Assembly (NCBI GenBank): GCA_050273025.1
Contig: CP158635.1
Coordinates: forward strand, 7,812,001 to 7,876,000
Direction of reading: 5' to 3'
DNA from: Cenococcum geophilum
Lineage: Eukaryota
Length of the DNA: 64,000 bases
Below the pieces are notes generated by a model, which was given only the letters and a program-made list of their open reading frames with translations, made no database searches and had not been told where the DNA came from. Each line of letters starts with the position of its first letter. The first letter of the stretch is position 1. This document shows, piece by piece, positions 23,071 to 36,100 of the stretch. A program made the position numbers and the translations under genes.

Positions 23071-26000
23071 TCCCCCCTGCTGCAAAGCAAATCTATACCT
23101 ACTAGTATAGGTATAGTATAATTAGGTGAGCTGTTTGTAATAGAGTATAAGAGGCACCTCCGTGAATTTGGAAGGAAATGGAGTGGTGGTGGTGGAGTAC
23201 GACTGCTGTTTCGATGTAGCTGGCGGAAAGGGACCAGTTTCAAAAATGCGTCTTCGAACTTTAAGGCTGTATCTCGCCCCCTAATACAGTAGTTAGCTAA
23301 TTGTAATTATTATAATTATATAAAAGAAGAGATTACAATTCAAATGCATCGCGCACTAAGACCATAGCTGGTATATTCACGCTGCCAGAGTTGTTTAAAA
23401 TTAACGCACGTTGGAAAAAGGACCCAGTTTACACCAAACGCACGCCCATAATAGGGGGGTTTCGATGGAACGATATATTCGTTCGATATTTAGTGTAAGC
23501 AAGTCGAAACGAGCGATCGACACGTACTAGCAGTATTTAGTTAGTCATTCAAAATATCGAACTTGGTTCTTGGCAAATATTATACGAAACGATGTTATAT
23601 AACATTAAAATCTTTAACTATTTACACGTTTTAATCGAGCGCTCTAAATAGCCTTATATTTTCCACACTTTGCCTTTACCACTATGCCTTTTAATCTTAT
23701 ACGTGATGTCGAATCTACCGTTGATATAGTAGAGCAGCTGTACCGCGCGTACGTCGCTGTCTCGGTCGCGTCAAGCTAGCCTTTATAACCACCTAATTTT
23801 ATCTACTAAACTATTAATAAAGCTATTCAGAGCGAAGCTTGTGTAGAGGACAGGCTAAGACATTGCGATAAGTTACTAAATTCAAGCGGAAGTAAGGAAG
23901 GCGGCTAAAAGAAGAGGTTATATATAGGGAAGGCGGAAAAGAAGGCTCTAGCTCTACTAGCCGCGAATATCTATTAAGCTAAGCTTCGCCCTTAAGGAAA
24001 GGATAAATTCTAGAGAATCCTTATAAGGAAACGCGTTAAAGAAGGAGGCCTAAAGCATAACTTCTATTTACTTAAGGCCCTATTTAACGCGCTTATAAGT
24101 AAAAGAAAGAAGGAAGTTAAGGAGGACAATACTTCCGGTAGAGAGATTTGCTATAGTAAGTTCTTTACCCACCTTAATCTCCTTATTAAATAAATTAATA
24201 TTATTTTATAACCTTTTAAGAAGACTTAATAGGCCTAACAACGGGCGGCTTAAAGAGAGATAATTTGGACGAATTTTATACGGAATCTAGGCGATAAATG
24301 GCGTATAGATAAGGCTCTATTTAACTATAAGGACAAAAATACCAAATCTACTTATAGAGTTAGTAAAAGAGGCGAAATGTTTAGCCGTAGTAGAGCCTCT
24401 AGTTCGTCTACTTATAGCAGTTAGAAGGGACACCGGAACGCTATAATAACGTCCTATACAGTAGATAATCTAGCTGCAGCTGTTACGGACGCCTTAAGTA
24501 CGATGTTACGACTACTTGGGGAAGAGTCGGAAGAAGCTAGTTGGTTAATATAAGCACGGTCCAGGATGGAGCCGATAGAGCTATATGACGAGGAATGGTA
24601 ACTAAGGTCACATAATATAATCTATATAATCTATATAATCTACATAATCCGCAATAGAGCAGATAGAGTATACGTTTATTACATATAAGAAGGATTTTAT
24701 AGGAGTACGGTTGTGTATTTAAGGACCCTTAGTCCCTACCTAGATAGTTCCTTCCTTATAGTGATTCTTAGAATATAATTGGAGTTAATCTATTAGGCAA
24801 CCACTCCACCAGTTGTTATTACGTTGTTAACTATTATCTTTGTATTTCCTATACACCTAGCCTATTAACGAGCCTATCGTAGTTCCTGCTATAAGGTTCC
24901 GTTATATAATTACTACTACGGTTATAGTATTAAACACAGTAAGTTAAATAATATGCCACCAAAAGCAGCTACTATAACGCTATTAACGGCGGCAACTACT
25001 TTGAGGTTAGGTAACGATACTAGTATAGCAGACACTAACTTATAGTAACCTATAACGGTCGGACAACTATAAGAAATAGTTGACTAGTTAATAGAAAATA
25101 ATGTAACGTTGGAAAATAGGATTAACGGGATAGGCGCAGTAAAGGTTAAGTTACCATTAATTAAAAAATTCTTAGGAGAGAAGTTAAAGCTTAAAGGATT
25201 CCTTACGCAAATGCACTTTAAAGTTACATAAGAAGGAGTAAAGCTGGTAATACCTATGGATTAAATAGCGTATGTGGGATTGTTCTTAATAGGAAGAGCA
25301 CTTAAATGGTTTAAGCCTTACCTTACGGAAATCTAGGTAAATGGAATAACGACTATAAACTAAGAGGTACGGTTTATGTTCTTAGGCTAGAATGGATTTA
25401 TAGAGCGACTTATATAAATATTTAGAGACTTAGAGGCGGTGACTATAGCGGAAAGAAAACTTTAAGATATTATATAATAAACCTTAGTAATTAAATATAT
25501 AATGCAGTTCCAGACGTTAGCGACGTAAGTAGAGTGAAATAATAGGGCGCTTATAGCACAGTATAAATAGGGACTTAAGGCTAAAGTCTAGGACGCGATT
25601 ATCCTAATAGAAGATGCGAATACCCTAAGGGAACTAATAGATTAAGCGATTAAGATTAATAATTAGATCTACTAAAGGGAATAGGCTAAGAGAGGTTAGG
25701 ATAGAGTTTTATAGTTATATAAGGCGCAGAGTATGTAATAACTAAAGCTAAGTTAAAAACTATAGTATGGCGCAGAGCTAATGGACCTAAGTAGTACTAA
25801 AAAAGCCTATAAGAGATGGAGTAAATAACTATAGAAACCTAGAGGATAAGGATTAAGTAATTAGAGGTCTAGGGAGCAGAGGCTAAACTAGGGATCTTAA
25901 TAGCAGAAGACGTTTAGGCGGACTCTATAGCAAGAAAAATGGTTTAAAGAAGGAGCTTATATAAATTATGGAAAATAGGGTTATTATATTAGAGACTATA

Positions 26001-28939
26001 GAGGTAGGTAGAGTTACCACGTAGTAAAAGGGATAAGACTAGTAGACGACATATACGTATAGAGGGACGATAATGTGCTATAAGGAATAAAAGAATGTTT
26101 AATTAAAAGTTTTGCGTTTTATTATAATAATATATACCGAATTTATAAGAACGCTAAGTATAGCGTAAGCTATTAGCTATAGGAGCTATATTTAGCAGAA
26201 TACAAAGGAACTAATAAACTAGCTCGCAGATCGGACATTAAGGACGATGAATTCAACAAAGGTAAAGCATTTTATAACGATAAGGCAATAGAAGCGGTTT
26301 ATTGGGAACGCGTAGCTATTGGAGATGTTACACTAGAGGTAGAGGATAATTCCACTATAGAATAGGGAACATTAGTAGGGATTAAGACCCTACTAGACAC
26401 GATATCTATCGCTTTATAAGACATAAGAGAAGTAGAATAGCGAGCCACTTCGGCACTTAATAAAGGCAAAAGGCTAAAAACTTAAGACTCTTAAGACGAG
26501 ATGCGAGACGACTAAGATTCTCAAGACAAGATAAGGTAAGCTTAAGGACCTATAATAGACAATAACTGATAGAGCAGAGTAACGGCTTAGTTTAGTAATA
26601 TACGAATAAGCTTAGGATAAAGTTTCCTAAAGGTATAAGACTCTTAAGATAAGATAAGTAAGATTTAAGACTCTTAAGATAAGATAAGAACACTAAGTAA
26701 GCCTAGTTGGACTAAGGCTGGAGCTAAGCTTAAGTTAAAAGTAAGCTTAGGATTAAAGAATCTAAGGGACTAAAGATTTAGAGTATAAATAAGGGAACCT
26801 ATAAATAAGAGGTAAGAGGCTTCTTTATAGATTAGAGAATCTATAGCGTAAATAGTGATTAGACTAGGAGATAGATATATAAACCTAGAAGACTTACTAG
26901 GAGAACATAGTGTTCGGCCTAAAGATCGAAAAGTCAATACCAGGATTAAGAAGTAAGACAACTTTAAGGATTAATCTGTAAGACGTAAACCAAAAGAAAC
27001 TATAGAAGAGTTTAGGCAAAGAATTATCGTATAGTAAGAATAGAAACTAGATAAGAGATCTAGTATATTAGGACGTATAAGGAATAGAGCGCCAGTACGA
27101 AGAATTACTAATTAGCTAAGAACAGGCATACTAAGAGCTAAGTAGCTTACTAAACTAGAAAACGAAGAGGATTTAGGAATTCCTACTAGGTTTAAAGAAC
27201 GACATATAAAGGGCTGTTACGACGTAGTAATAAGAAGATACTTCCTTACGGACAAGCCGTATACACTCTAGTAGCTATACTAAAGGTAGTATAGGCAGCG
27301 ATATAACGATAAGTAGGAAGATTTTTATATATAGTTAGATAAAAAAGTTATCTAGGACTACCCAATTATAGAAAAGGCCATAAGTTATATTAAAGGAGTC
27401 TTAATTATAATGTTAAAGGATTTAGAGAAACGATCAGAGAACTAGAGAAGTAAGAGGCGCATTTTAGTACCTATAAATAAAGTTATAACGTTTAGATTAG
27501 TATAATAAAGGTTTAAACTTAAGGATAAAGATAAGTTAAGAGTTAACCTAAAGCACCCGGCATACTATATGCTATTATGGATTGTATATATAGATAACAT
27601 ATATAATATGCATAAGAATCCAAAGGAAAAGAATTGGAAATACCCTATAAGGATATACTAGATAATAGATAAGCGATAGTATAGGAATGCTAAATATATA
27701 TACGGATGGCATCTAGCAGAGGTCTAAGAGGAAGGAAATTTAATACTTTAACCAGGAAGATTCCTTATAGAAGAATGCTTAAATAGACAATAGTAGTGGA
27801 AATGCCTAGAGAATACGTGTCTATAGTATATAGAAGATAAAAAGTAAACTAGGTATTAGCTAAAGAGTAAGCTAAGTGTAATAGGATTAAGCAGCTAATA
27901 GTTAGGAAAAGTAGAGGCCTACGGGACTAGAGGGAGCTAGTGGTAGAGCCTTAGACCCTTAAAGGAATTTAAGGACAACACCTAAATTTATAAATTAAAT
28001 AGTAAGATTAGTAGTTCGAAGCGCTAATAGATAGTAAAGCAACGCGAAACCATATCTTACTAGTAGTAGTTAAGAGAATAGGTTTACCTTATAGACAGAA
28101 GAAGTAATCTTACCTATTAGTTATAATTTTAGGAGATCTAATAGCCTATAGAGGAGGGATCATTAACCTTAAAATAGGACCTATTTAGATAACTATTAAA
28201 GGGAAACAAATTAAGATATCTTTTAATATCCTACTATTAGGACGGGATAAGGCAGTATTAGGGATGCCTTAGTTATAAGAATACAATCTAAGGATTAATT
28301 GGATTATAGGTTAGGTCGATATTAGAGATACTTAACGCCGTAAGATATAATAATAGGCTAAGTTAGTATGGTACTAAGTTGGAGCAATATATAAAGAGAC
28401 TAAGTGAGGCTTAAGTTACGTACTAAAGAGATACTACAAATATGGCAAGAAGCTATAGTTACTAGAAAGTAAAAAGCTAGTAGAGTATGCAGTATAGAAC
28501 TATAAGATAGAATTAGAACTAGGAATAAGTTTAAGGTTCTTTCTAATCTATAAGCTTACTAAAGAAGAAGGTAGAGCACTAAAAGAGTTTATCTAGAAGA
28601 ACTTATAAAAAGGATATATTAGACTATTATAGTCATTAGCGGGATATCTAGTACTGTTTATACTAAAGAAGAATGGTAAACTAAGGCTATGTATTAACTA
28701 TAGATAGTTAAACAGCATTACTAGGAAGGATAGGTATCTTTTACCCTTAATTAGCGAAATCTAAGATAGGATAGGCAACGCGCAAATCTTTACAAAGATA
28801 GATCTGAGATAGGCGTACTATTAGATTAGGATTAAGGAAGGCGACAAATAAAAGGCAGCCTTTAGGTTAAAGGAAGGACTGTATAAACCATTAGTTATAT
28901 AATTCGGGCTTATAAACGCACTAGTAATATTCTAGAAGC

Positions 28940-31900
28940 TCCTATACGAACCAAAAGCAGCCATATACGTGTGCTTCATAATTAGCAAGGCTATTAGCCT
29001 GTCCTTATAGTCATAGCAGGCAGTTAACCTAGATATTGCAGTTATAACAATCCAAACATATAGGGGACCGGTACAAATTATTAATGTGTATAACCCTAGG
29101 GTCGAAGGGGTCCTATAAATAGAGAATATTATATCGGTAATAAGCTTACTAGAAACCGAAGGTATAGAGTCTATCCTACTAGGAGACATAAACCTCCACC
29201 ACCCGCGGTAGGGGGGTATCTATGTTGCTGCAGATTAACAGTTAGAGTGCCTACTAAGAGCTATAGATATCTGGGGCCTTAAGCTAGCCACCCCCCTAGG
29301 AGCAATTACATGGTAATAAGGCACCGCTAGAAGCACAATTAACCTCATATTTATAGATGAAGGCCTATACTAGAGACTTAAAAGGTGCAACCCTAAAGAA
29401 GAATAGGCACTCACCCTAAACTATATCCCTATTTAGATATAGCTAGACCTAGATACCAAAGCGCAACTAAATAGAAAAAGATACGTAATAAGGAAGCTTA
29501 AGACAGACAGTTTCCTTAATGCAGTTAAATAATAACTCTAAAACCTAGAAGAAATCCACCCAATACCAAACAAGCGAGGCTTATTGGCTACCCCTAAGGA
29601 AATTAACCAAAGACTAGAAAGGATCCAGGCAGCAATTAAAAATGGGCTAGAAGAGCACTGCCCGATCTCAAAACCGGGCCCCTATACGCGACACGCATAG
29701 TCTATATAATGCGCAGTTCTGGTTACTAGCTAATAATAAGCAAGAAGGAAATATATAAGCAGCCACAACCCTAAAGACAAGAGACGATATAAAGACACAA
29801 GAAACCAGCTAAAGAATACCCTAAAAAAAGAAGCAAGGAATAACTAGAGACGGTTTATAAATAAGCATACTTCTAACCTAAGCCTCCCCCATAATAAGGG
29901 CCTTTAGGCTATAGCAAAATGGGTAAAGAAAAAGGTAGGGCGCCTAGCAGAAGACCTATACCTACCACCCCTACAAAGAGCAGGAGAATTATAGGCTATA
30001 AATAACAATAATAAGAAGGTAAAGATCCTTATAGAAAGGTTCTTCCCCTAACTAGCTCTAGTAGACTTTAGTAATATTACGGGCAAAACACCGGTAACTT
30101 GCTTGTGGGTTAACAGCGACATAATAATAGAGGAAATAGCTAGAACTATTAGCCGCCTTTTAAATAATATAGCACTAGGACTAGATAGGATTCTAAATAA
30201 GGCCCTAAAAACCTATAGGCTATTTATAGCACCTTAGCTTATAGATATAGCTAAAGCATACTTTACTATAGGCTACTACCTATAACTCGGAAGATTTATA
30301 ATGACAGTTATCCTATAAAAAGAAGGTAAAGCAAATTACTTAATCCCAGGAAGCTACCGCCCTATTGCCTTAGAAAACACCCTTAGCAAGATCTTAGAAA
30401 GGGTAATAGTGGAACGCATAGCAGACACGGCAGAGGAACACGCCCTACTACTATAAAGCTAAATAGGGGTAAGAAAGAACCGCTTAACACTATCAGCACT
30501 TACGCTACTCGCTACTACTATTAAATCTATATAGGCAATGCGAAAGGACTTTATAGTATTAATGCTTAGCCTAAATATTAGTAGTGCCTATAACAATATA
30601 CCCTACAAGCGTCTCCTATATATCCTTAGGGTAAAGGGCTTCCTAGAATAGATTATACAATTTATCTAAGGGTTTATAGGCTAGAAAGAAACATTACTGG
30701 TCTTTAGCGGATACTAGAGCCCCCCTATTATAGTTACAACAGGAATACCATAAGAATTACCCCTCTCGCCTATACTCTTCCTTTTCTTTATAAGTAACCT
30801 GCTTAACTTCTTTAAGAAAGGGGCAACCTAGGGGATAGGCTTTATTAATAATACAAACCTAATTATATACGGGCTAATAGCCACAGAGAATTACAGAACA
30901 CTAGAGAAAGCCTATAATACTTATATAGAATAGGCAAAACGTTATAGAGTCCAATTCTCACTAGAGAAATACCAGCTAATCTATTTTATAAGAAAACGCA
31001 ACTAATCTATAGATCTTTAGTATATAATTCGCATCTAAGGCTTTAGGGGTTAACTAGTTTAGGGCCTAAGGGTATTAGGAGTATAGGTAGATAGCAAGCT
31101 CTGGTGAAGCGTATATGCGGCGTAAGCGGCCCGTAAAGGCCAAGCATAGTTTATTACTTTATCTAGGATTGTTAACTCTATATAGGGTCCATGCTTTTAG
31201 AGGTCACGCCTACTATATATAGCAGTTATCCGGCCAACCATAATATATAGATCCAGTATTTGGGCCATTAGAGAAACTAAGAAGGGCCTCCCTAAATTAC
31301 TCCTTAAACCACTTTAAAAGGTCTAAATAGCCTACCTTTAGAGTATTAGAGGCGGGTATAAGTAAACGGCCATAGCACTGCTTAAGAAGGAATCCAATAT
31401 TCCCCCCCTACAGTTATATATTAAAGCCGCTGTAATATAAAGGACGCAAAATAAACGCAACTCTAATATTATAAAGTATATTAAGACACGCCTAAGTAAA
31501 CTATAGAGGGACCCTAGGGTGCCCTATAGGAGAATAAACCAACAACCCTAAAGTAGGGAAGAGATATTAGAGAAACAGGTAAAGAAAGCAGAAGAAGAAT
31601 AGTGCCGCTTTAAGGCCTAGGCCTATATAGAGGAGGAAGGGAAACGCGTAAGAGGTTAGTAAAGACAACAGCAAGACAGAGAAAGGAGCTAAAGTAAAAT
31701 ATGTAAGAACGCTAGGAAACTATCTACCGCAATATAATACTAGTTAGACTAACGCTAGAGAGGCGAATAGAAGTTAAAGGTATAGAGGCTAACTTAGGCA
31801 AGACGAACCCAAGCTATAGCATAGTTAACGCTATGGGGGGTAAATACCTAAGGGCTCCGAGAAGGCCTAATAAAGGTAGAAAATATAATAGTAACACTTT

Positions 31901-32483
31901 TAAGAATAGGAATAATAGGACTAAAAGATTGGCTTTACTGGGTAGGTGTTCTAGTAGGTAGCCTAAGATATAAATATAGCTAGCCAAAACAGACACCAAA
32001 ACACGTAATACTGCTATACCCCCTACGCACCAATCGAGAAATAATGCTCTTAGTAGCTGGCATAGAGAACTATAATACACTGCTCTTAACACAAAAAGGC
32101 CTTAAGGCGGTCACCTAGTGGCTTATTAGTTAAAATATGCTAAATTAGTTCCGGGTTGCAAGAGAAATAGTAATAAAAGGTAAGGGGGCAAGCAGTAGGT
32201 GCCCCCTAGTAACTCTACAGTAGTAGAGTAATAGTTTATAATACTAGCGCGTCTGTAGGCTTGTTACGGCAGCAGTGGTTCCTAAGGAGGTTAAACAGTA
32301 AGGTAGTAGAGCACTATAGGCGACTCGCAGGCGCTAAGTAGGTAAGTCCTAAAAGGCGGGGAGATAGATCACGGGGTTTTCTCATTTTTCTTAAATAGAG
32401 TTTTCTCCCTATATATAAATAAGGAGTAGTCCGCGTGGGCCCAATAGGGATCTAAATCAGACGTTAAGCAATGAATTATTATT
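28940..32483 (+). mobile_element. 5'-truncated Tad1-like LINE inserted in Gypsy RT
   Basis: 14-15 bp TSD (T)AATATTCTAGAAGC. Motifs ILLGDINLHHP, GSYRPIALENTLSKILE, GIP*ELPLSPILFLF. (ATT)n tail. Confidence 0.93.
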
Positions 32484-33108
32484 AATATTCTAGAAGCGTA
32501 TTAATAATGTGTTAAGAGAATACTTAGATAAATTTGTTATGGTATACCTTAATAATAATATTATTTACTTAATAACTAAGGAAGAATATAGAGAACACGT
32601 TAAATGGGTTTTAAAGAGACTATAAGAAGAATAGATGCTAGTAGCAATTAAGAAATGCGAGTTCTTTACTAGGAAGACCAATTTTATTAGATTTATTATT
32701 AAACTAGGCTAACTTAGTATAGATCTAAAGAAGATTAAGGCTATAGTAAATTGGTAAGAACTAAAGAACATTATATAGTTAAGATCGTTTCTAGGGTTTT
32801 GCAATTACTGCAGGAGGTTTATAGCGCAATAGTTAAAGGATATTAAGCTATTTACGCGATTAACAAAGAAAGAAGAACTATAGGTATAGGGAAAGGAATA
32901 GTAAGAGCTATTTAGGAAAGTTAAGAAATTATTTACCTAGGAGCCAGTTCTTAAGATCTATTAACTAGGACTAGAGACGGTTATAGAAACGGATGCATTG
33001 GACTATATACTAGGGGCGTGCTTTATACAGAAATATTAAGATGGATGGCACCCAGTAGTATACTATAGTTGGAAGATAACACTATTAGAGTTAAACTATA
33101 ACATCTAT

Positions 33109-36100
33109 TGTAAGCTTTGCAGTGCGAAGAATTGAATGAACGACTTGATTGTGAATGTAGCTCTAGAGGCTCTATATATACACGAAGAAGGTAGAAGTGA
33201 TGGGGTAATAGATAGCTGAAATGGGAACGGTAATCTGCCACCAATATTGATCTGCAACCACTATATTGGGTGGCGTTAACGCCATCTTGGAGCCTTCCAA
33301 GCGGTAATCTTATGTCTCAACGCAGTGTCGGTAGTCGGTTACACACCCCCCCAGATTTAACGGTGTAGTTAAAGCTATAGAACATAAAATGAGGGCAGAA
33401 GCTATACCAAAATAGGAAATTTAGATACAATTTAAGAGTAGCAAACGGATAGGGTAAGAATGGCATATTGCGAATATTACAAATATTGCGGATATTGCGA
33501 ATGGAATCAAATATTGCGGATATTACGAATGGAATCAATTGATCTGATGTCGAATATCCACCAAATTCAATTGCTTTATCCATGCCTCGTGCTTTTGACG
33601 GGGTAAGATCTTGGTAAGGCCGTCGGCAGGCATCTTGTCTATAGGGACCCATTGGACGTCGATCTTTTTGTCTTAGACTTCCTGTCTTAGCCAGTGCTGG
33701 TAGACGTCGATATGTCGAAGCTTAGTGTCAAGCTTTAGTGTATCCTGTCTTAGGAGTCGTACGGTCTGCATATTATCGCAGAGCACGGTAAATTCGCGTT
33801 CTAAATTAAAGCCAATTGCCTCAAAGAATCGTTGCCACCAGATAATTTCAACGGCAGCAGTAAATAGGGAGAGAAGCTCTACTTTAATAGTCGAGCGAGT
33901 AATAGATCGCTGTAGGGTTGCTTTCTAATCGATCAGTCCTCCAAATAGGATAAATAGATATCCTTAAGAGCTCCGTCTAGTTTCTATATGGTCCGCAAAT
34001 ACTGCGTCGGATACTCCGTAAAAGGTAACGTCTTCTCTTTTAGGGTTTCTAAAGTAGACGTAAGCTCCAAATACTTCGCCAGAGTATTCAATAGCTGTAG
34101 ATTTCGTTCTAAGACAGTAAGCAATAGCTTGGTTTACTGCGTCAAGGTATTGTTAATTTAGATTAGTAAGGAATTCGGCCAGCTTAGAATGCGTCTTAGC
34201 AATATTAGGTCTTCTAAATACGGCAAGGTGTGCAAGTGACCCTACTCGTTGCTGGTAGGCTAGGGTTCTTTAAGGGTTCGTCTGCTAGTCAGACGGAATC
34301 AGTTCTTCGGCAGAAAGTGGTGACTTAGGAAATCTTTCTGGTGGTTGAATATTGAATCAATTAGCTATCTTTTCGATATAGGAGTCTTGGCAAAGCCAGA
34401 GCTTCCTACTTGCTCGATCTCGACTGATTCGAATACCTAGGAACCACTGTAGGTCTCCTAGTACACGGATTTCGTATCGGTGCAGCAATTTTGCTTCAAA
34501 TTCTTCAAGTCTTAAAAGGTCCTTCTTGGCAAATAGGACGGCTATATCGTCTACATAGAAGAAGACAATAAGTCGTCTATTGGTAAATAGGCAGTTAGTG
34601 CCTGGTACTGGTTCTAATCCGAATTTAGCCAGTATATTAGTAAGCTCTTTATACCAAAGTAGTGGTGAGATTTTCAATCTATATAGCGCCATGAGTAGCT
34701 TTAGGATATATCCGTTTTGATCAAAACCTTCTGGGCAGTAGCAGTAGATTGGTTTACTAAGCTTGGCATTTGTAAATACGTTTACAGCGTCATACTGTCA
34801 AATTTCCAGGTCGAATGCGGCTGCTATAGCCATAAGAGCACGGAATATTTAAGCAGCTAGGGTTGCTGCATAGGTCTCTTCCTCTGTAATCTGCAGGTCT
34901 CCGCGGACGCATAATCTAGCTTTAAGCTTCTATAGGTAGCCGTCACTATCAAGCTTGTATTTAAAGACCCATTTTAGTAGAAGGATCTACTCGTTACCTG
35001 CTTCTGCTTTCGGTACAGTCTTAAATGTCCCTCGGCGTTTTAGGTCGTTATATTCTTTTTCCATAGCCTTTTAAAAGCCAGTAGTCAAAGGATACTTTCT
35101 CAGATCTTTAAGATTCTTTAGTTCAGAAGGAAGGTTGTCCCAATGTAGAGATAAGGATCTAGTTCGGTCGATGTCCTTTACTAGTCCTATAGCAAATCCA
35201 GTGTAGTAACCAAATAGGGTAGATAGATTGGTTAGTGCTACTATATGCGCTTAACGTCGAATTCGTTTTAATCCTTCTGGTAGGATAAAGTCGGTAGAAG
35301 GTTTAGCCGAGACTTCGTTAGCTTGTAGAGCTATATTAATTGCTCTATTGGATGGTTCTAGAGAGCTTAGCTAGGTTAGAATTGTTTTAATTATATCTAG
35401 GATGTCGTCTTAAAGTCCTTGTAGTGAGGTGTTCGATTCTAGTAAATCTAGAGATACCGTTCTGCTAGGTGTTAGTAACTGCTCAGTATCCTTCGTACGA
35501 AGCTTTACTAAATTATTCGATTTAGATATAGTCGTTTAATCTACACCTAAGGTAGATCTTTAAGGGTCCAGATTGACTGTGTATAGGATTAATTCGTCCT
35601 TAGATTTGTCCTTATATAGAGGTTCTGGTAGACTGATCGTCTAGAGGGTATCTTCTAATACTTCCCTTAGCAGGTAGTCGATGTCTTGACCCTTGGGGTT
35701 ATAGAACGAGGTCTCGTTAAATATGACGTCTTTAGTTTAAATGACCTTGCGGAGACTCGGAATCCAGATTTAATAGATATTGGTTAAATTATAGCCGACT
35801 AGGTGTCCAATTAATGCACGAGGAGCTAGTTTATCTCCCCTTTTAATTCGTTTGTCTAGTGTATAGGTTTTGCAGCCGTATACATGCATATAGGTAAGTA
35901 ATGGCGGCTTGCCGTAGGCGATCTCGTACGGAGTTTTCCATCCTAGTTGCTCATTTGGGGTTCGATTAAGTGCGTATCCTACGGCAAGGAACGCCTCTAG
36001 TCCTAAAGACGGGGGTAAGGATGCTTCTAGCTGCATAGCCCTTAATCGATCCATAAGGGTTCGTCCAGATCGTTCAGCTCCGCCATTTTGTTCTTCTGTA

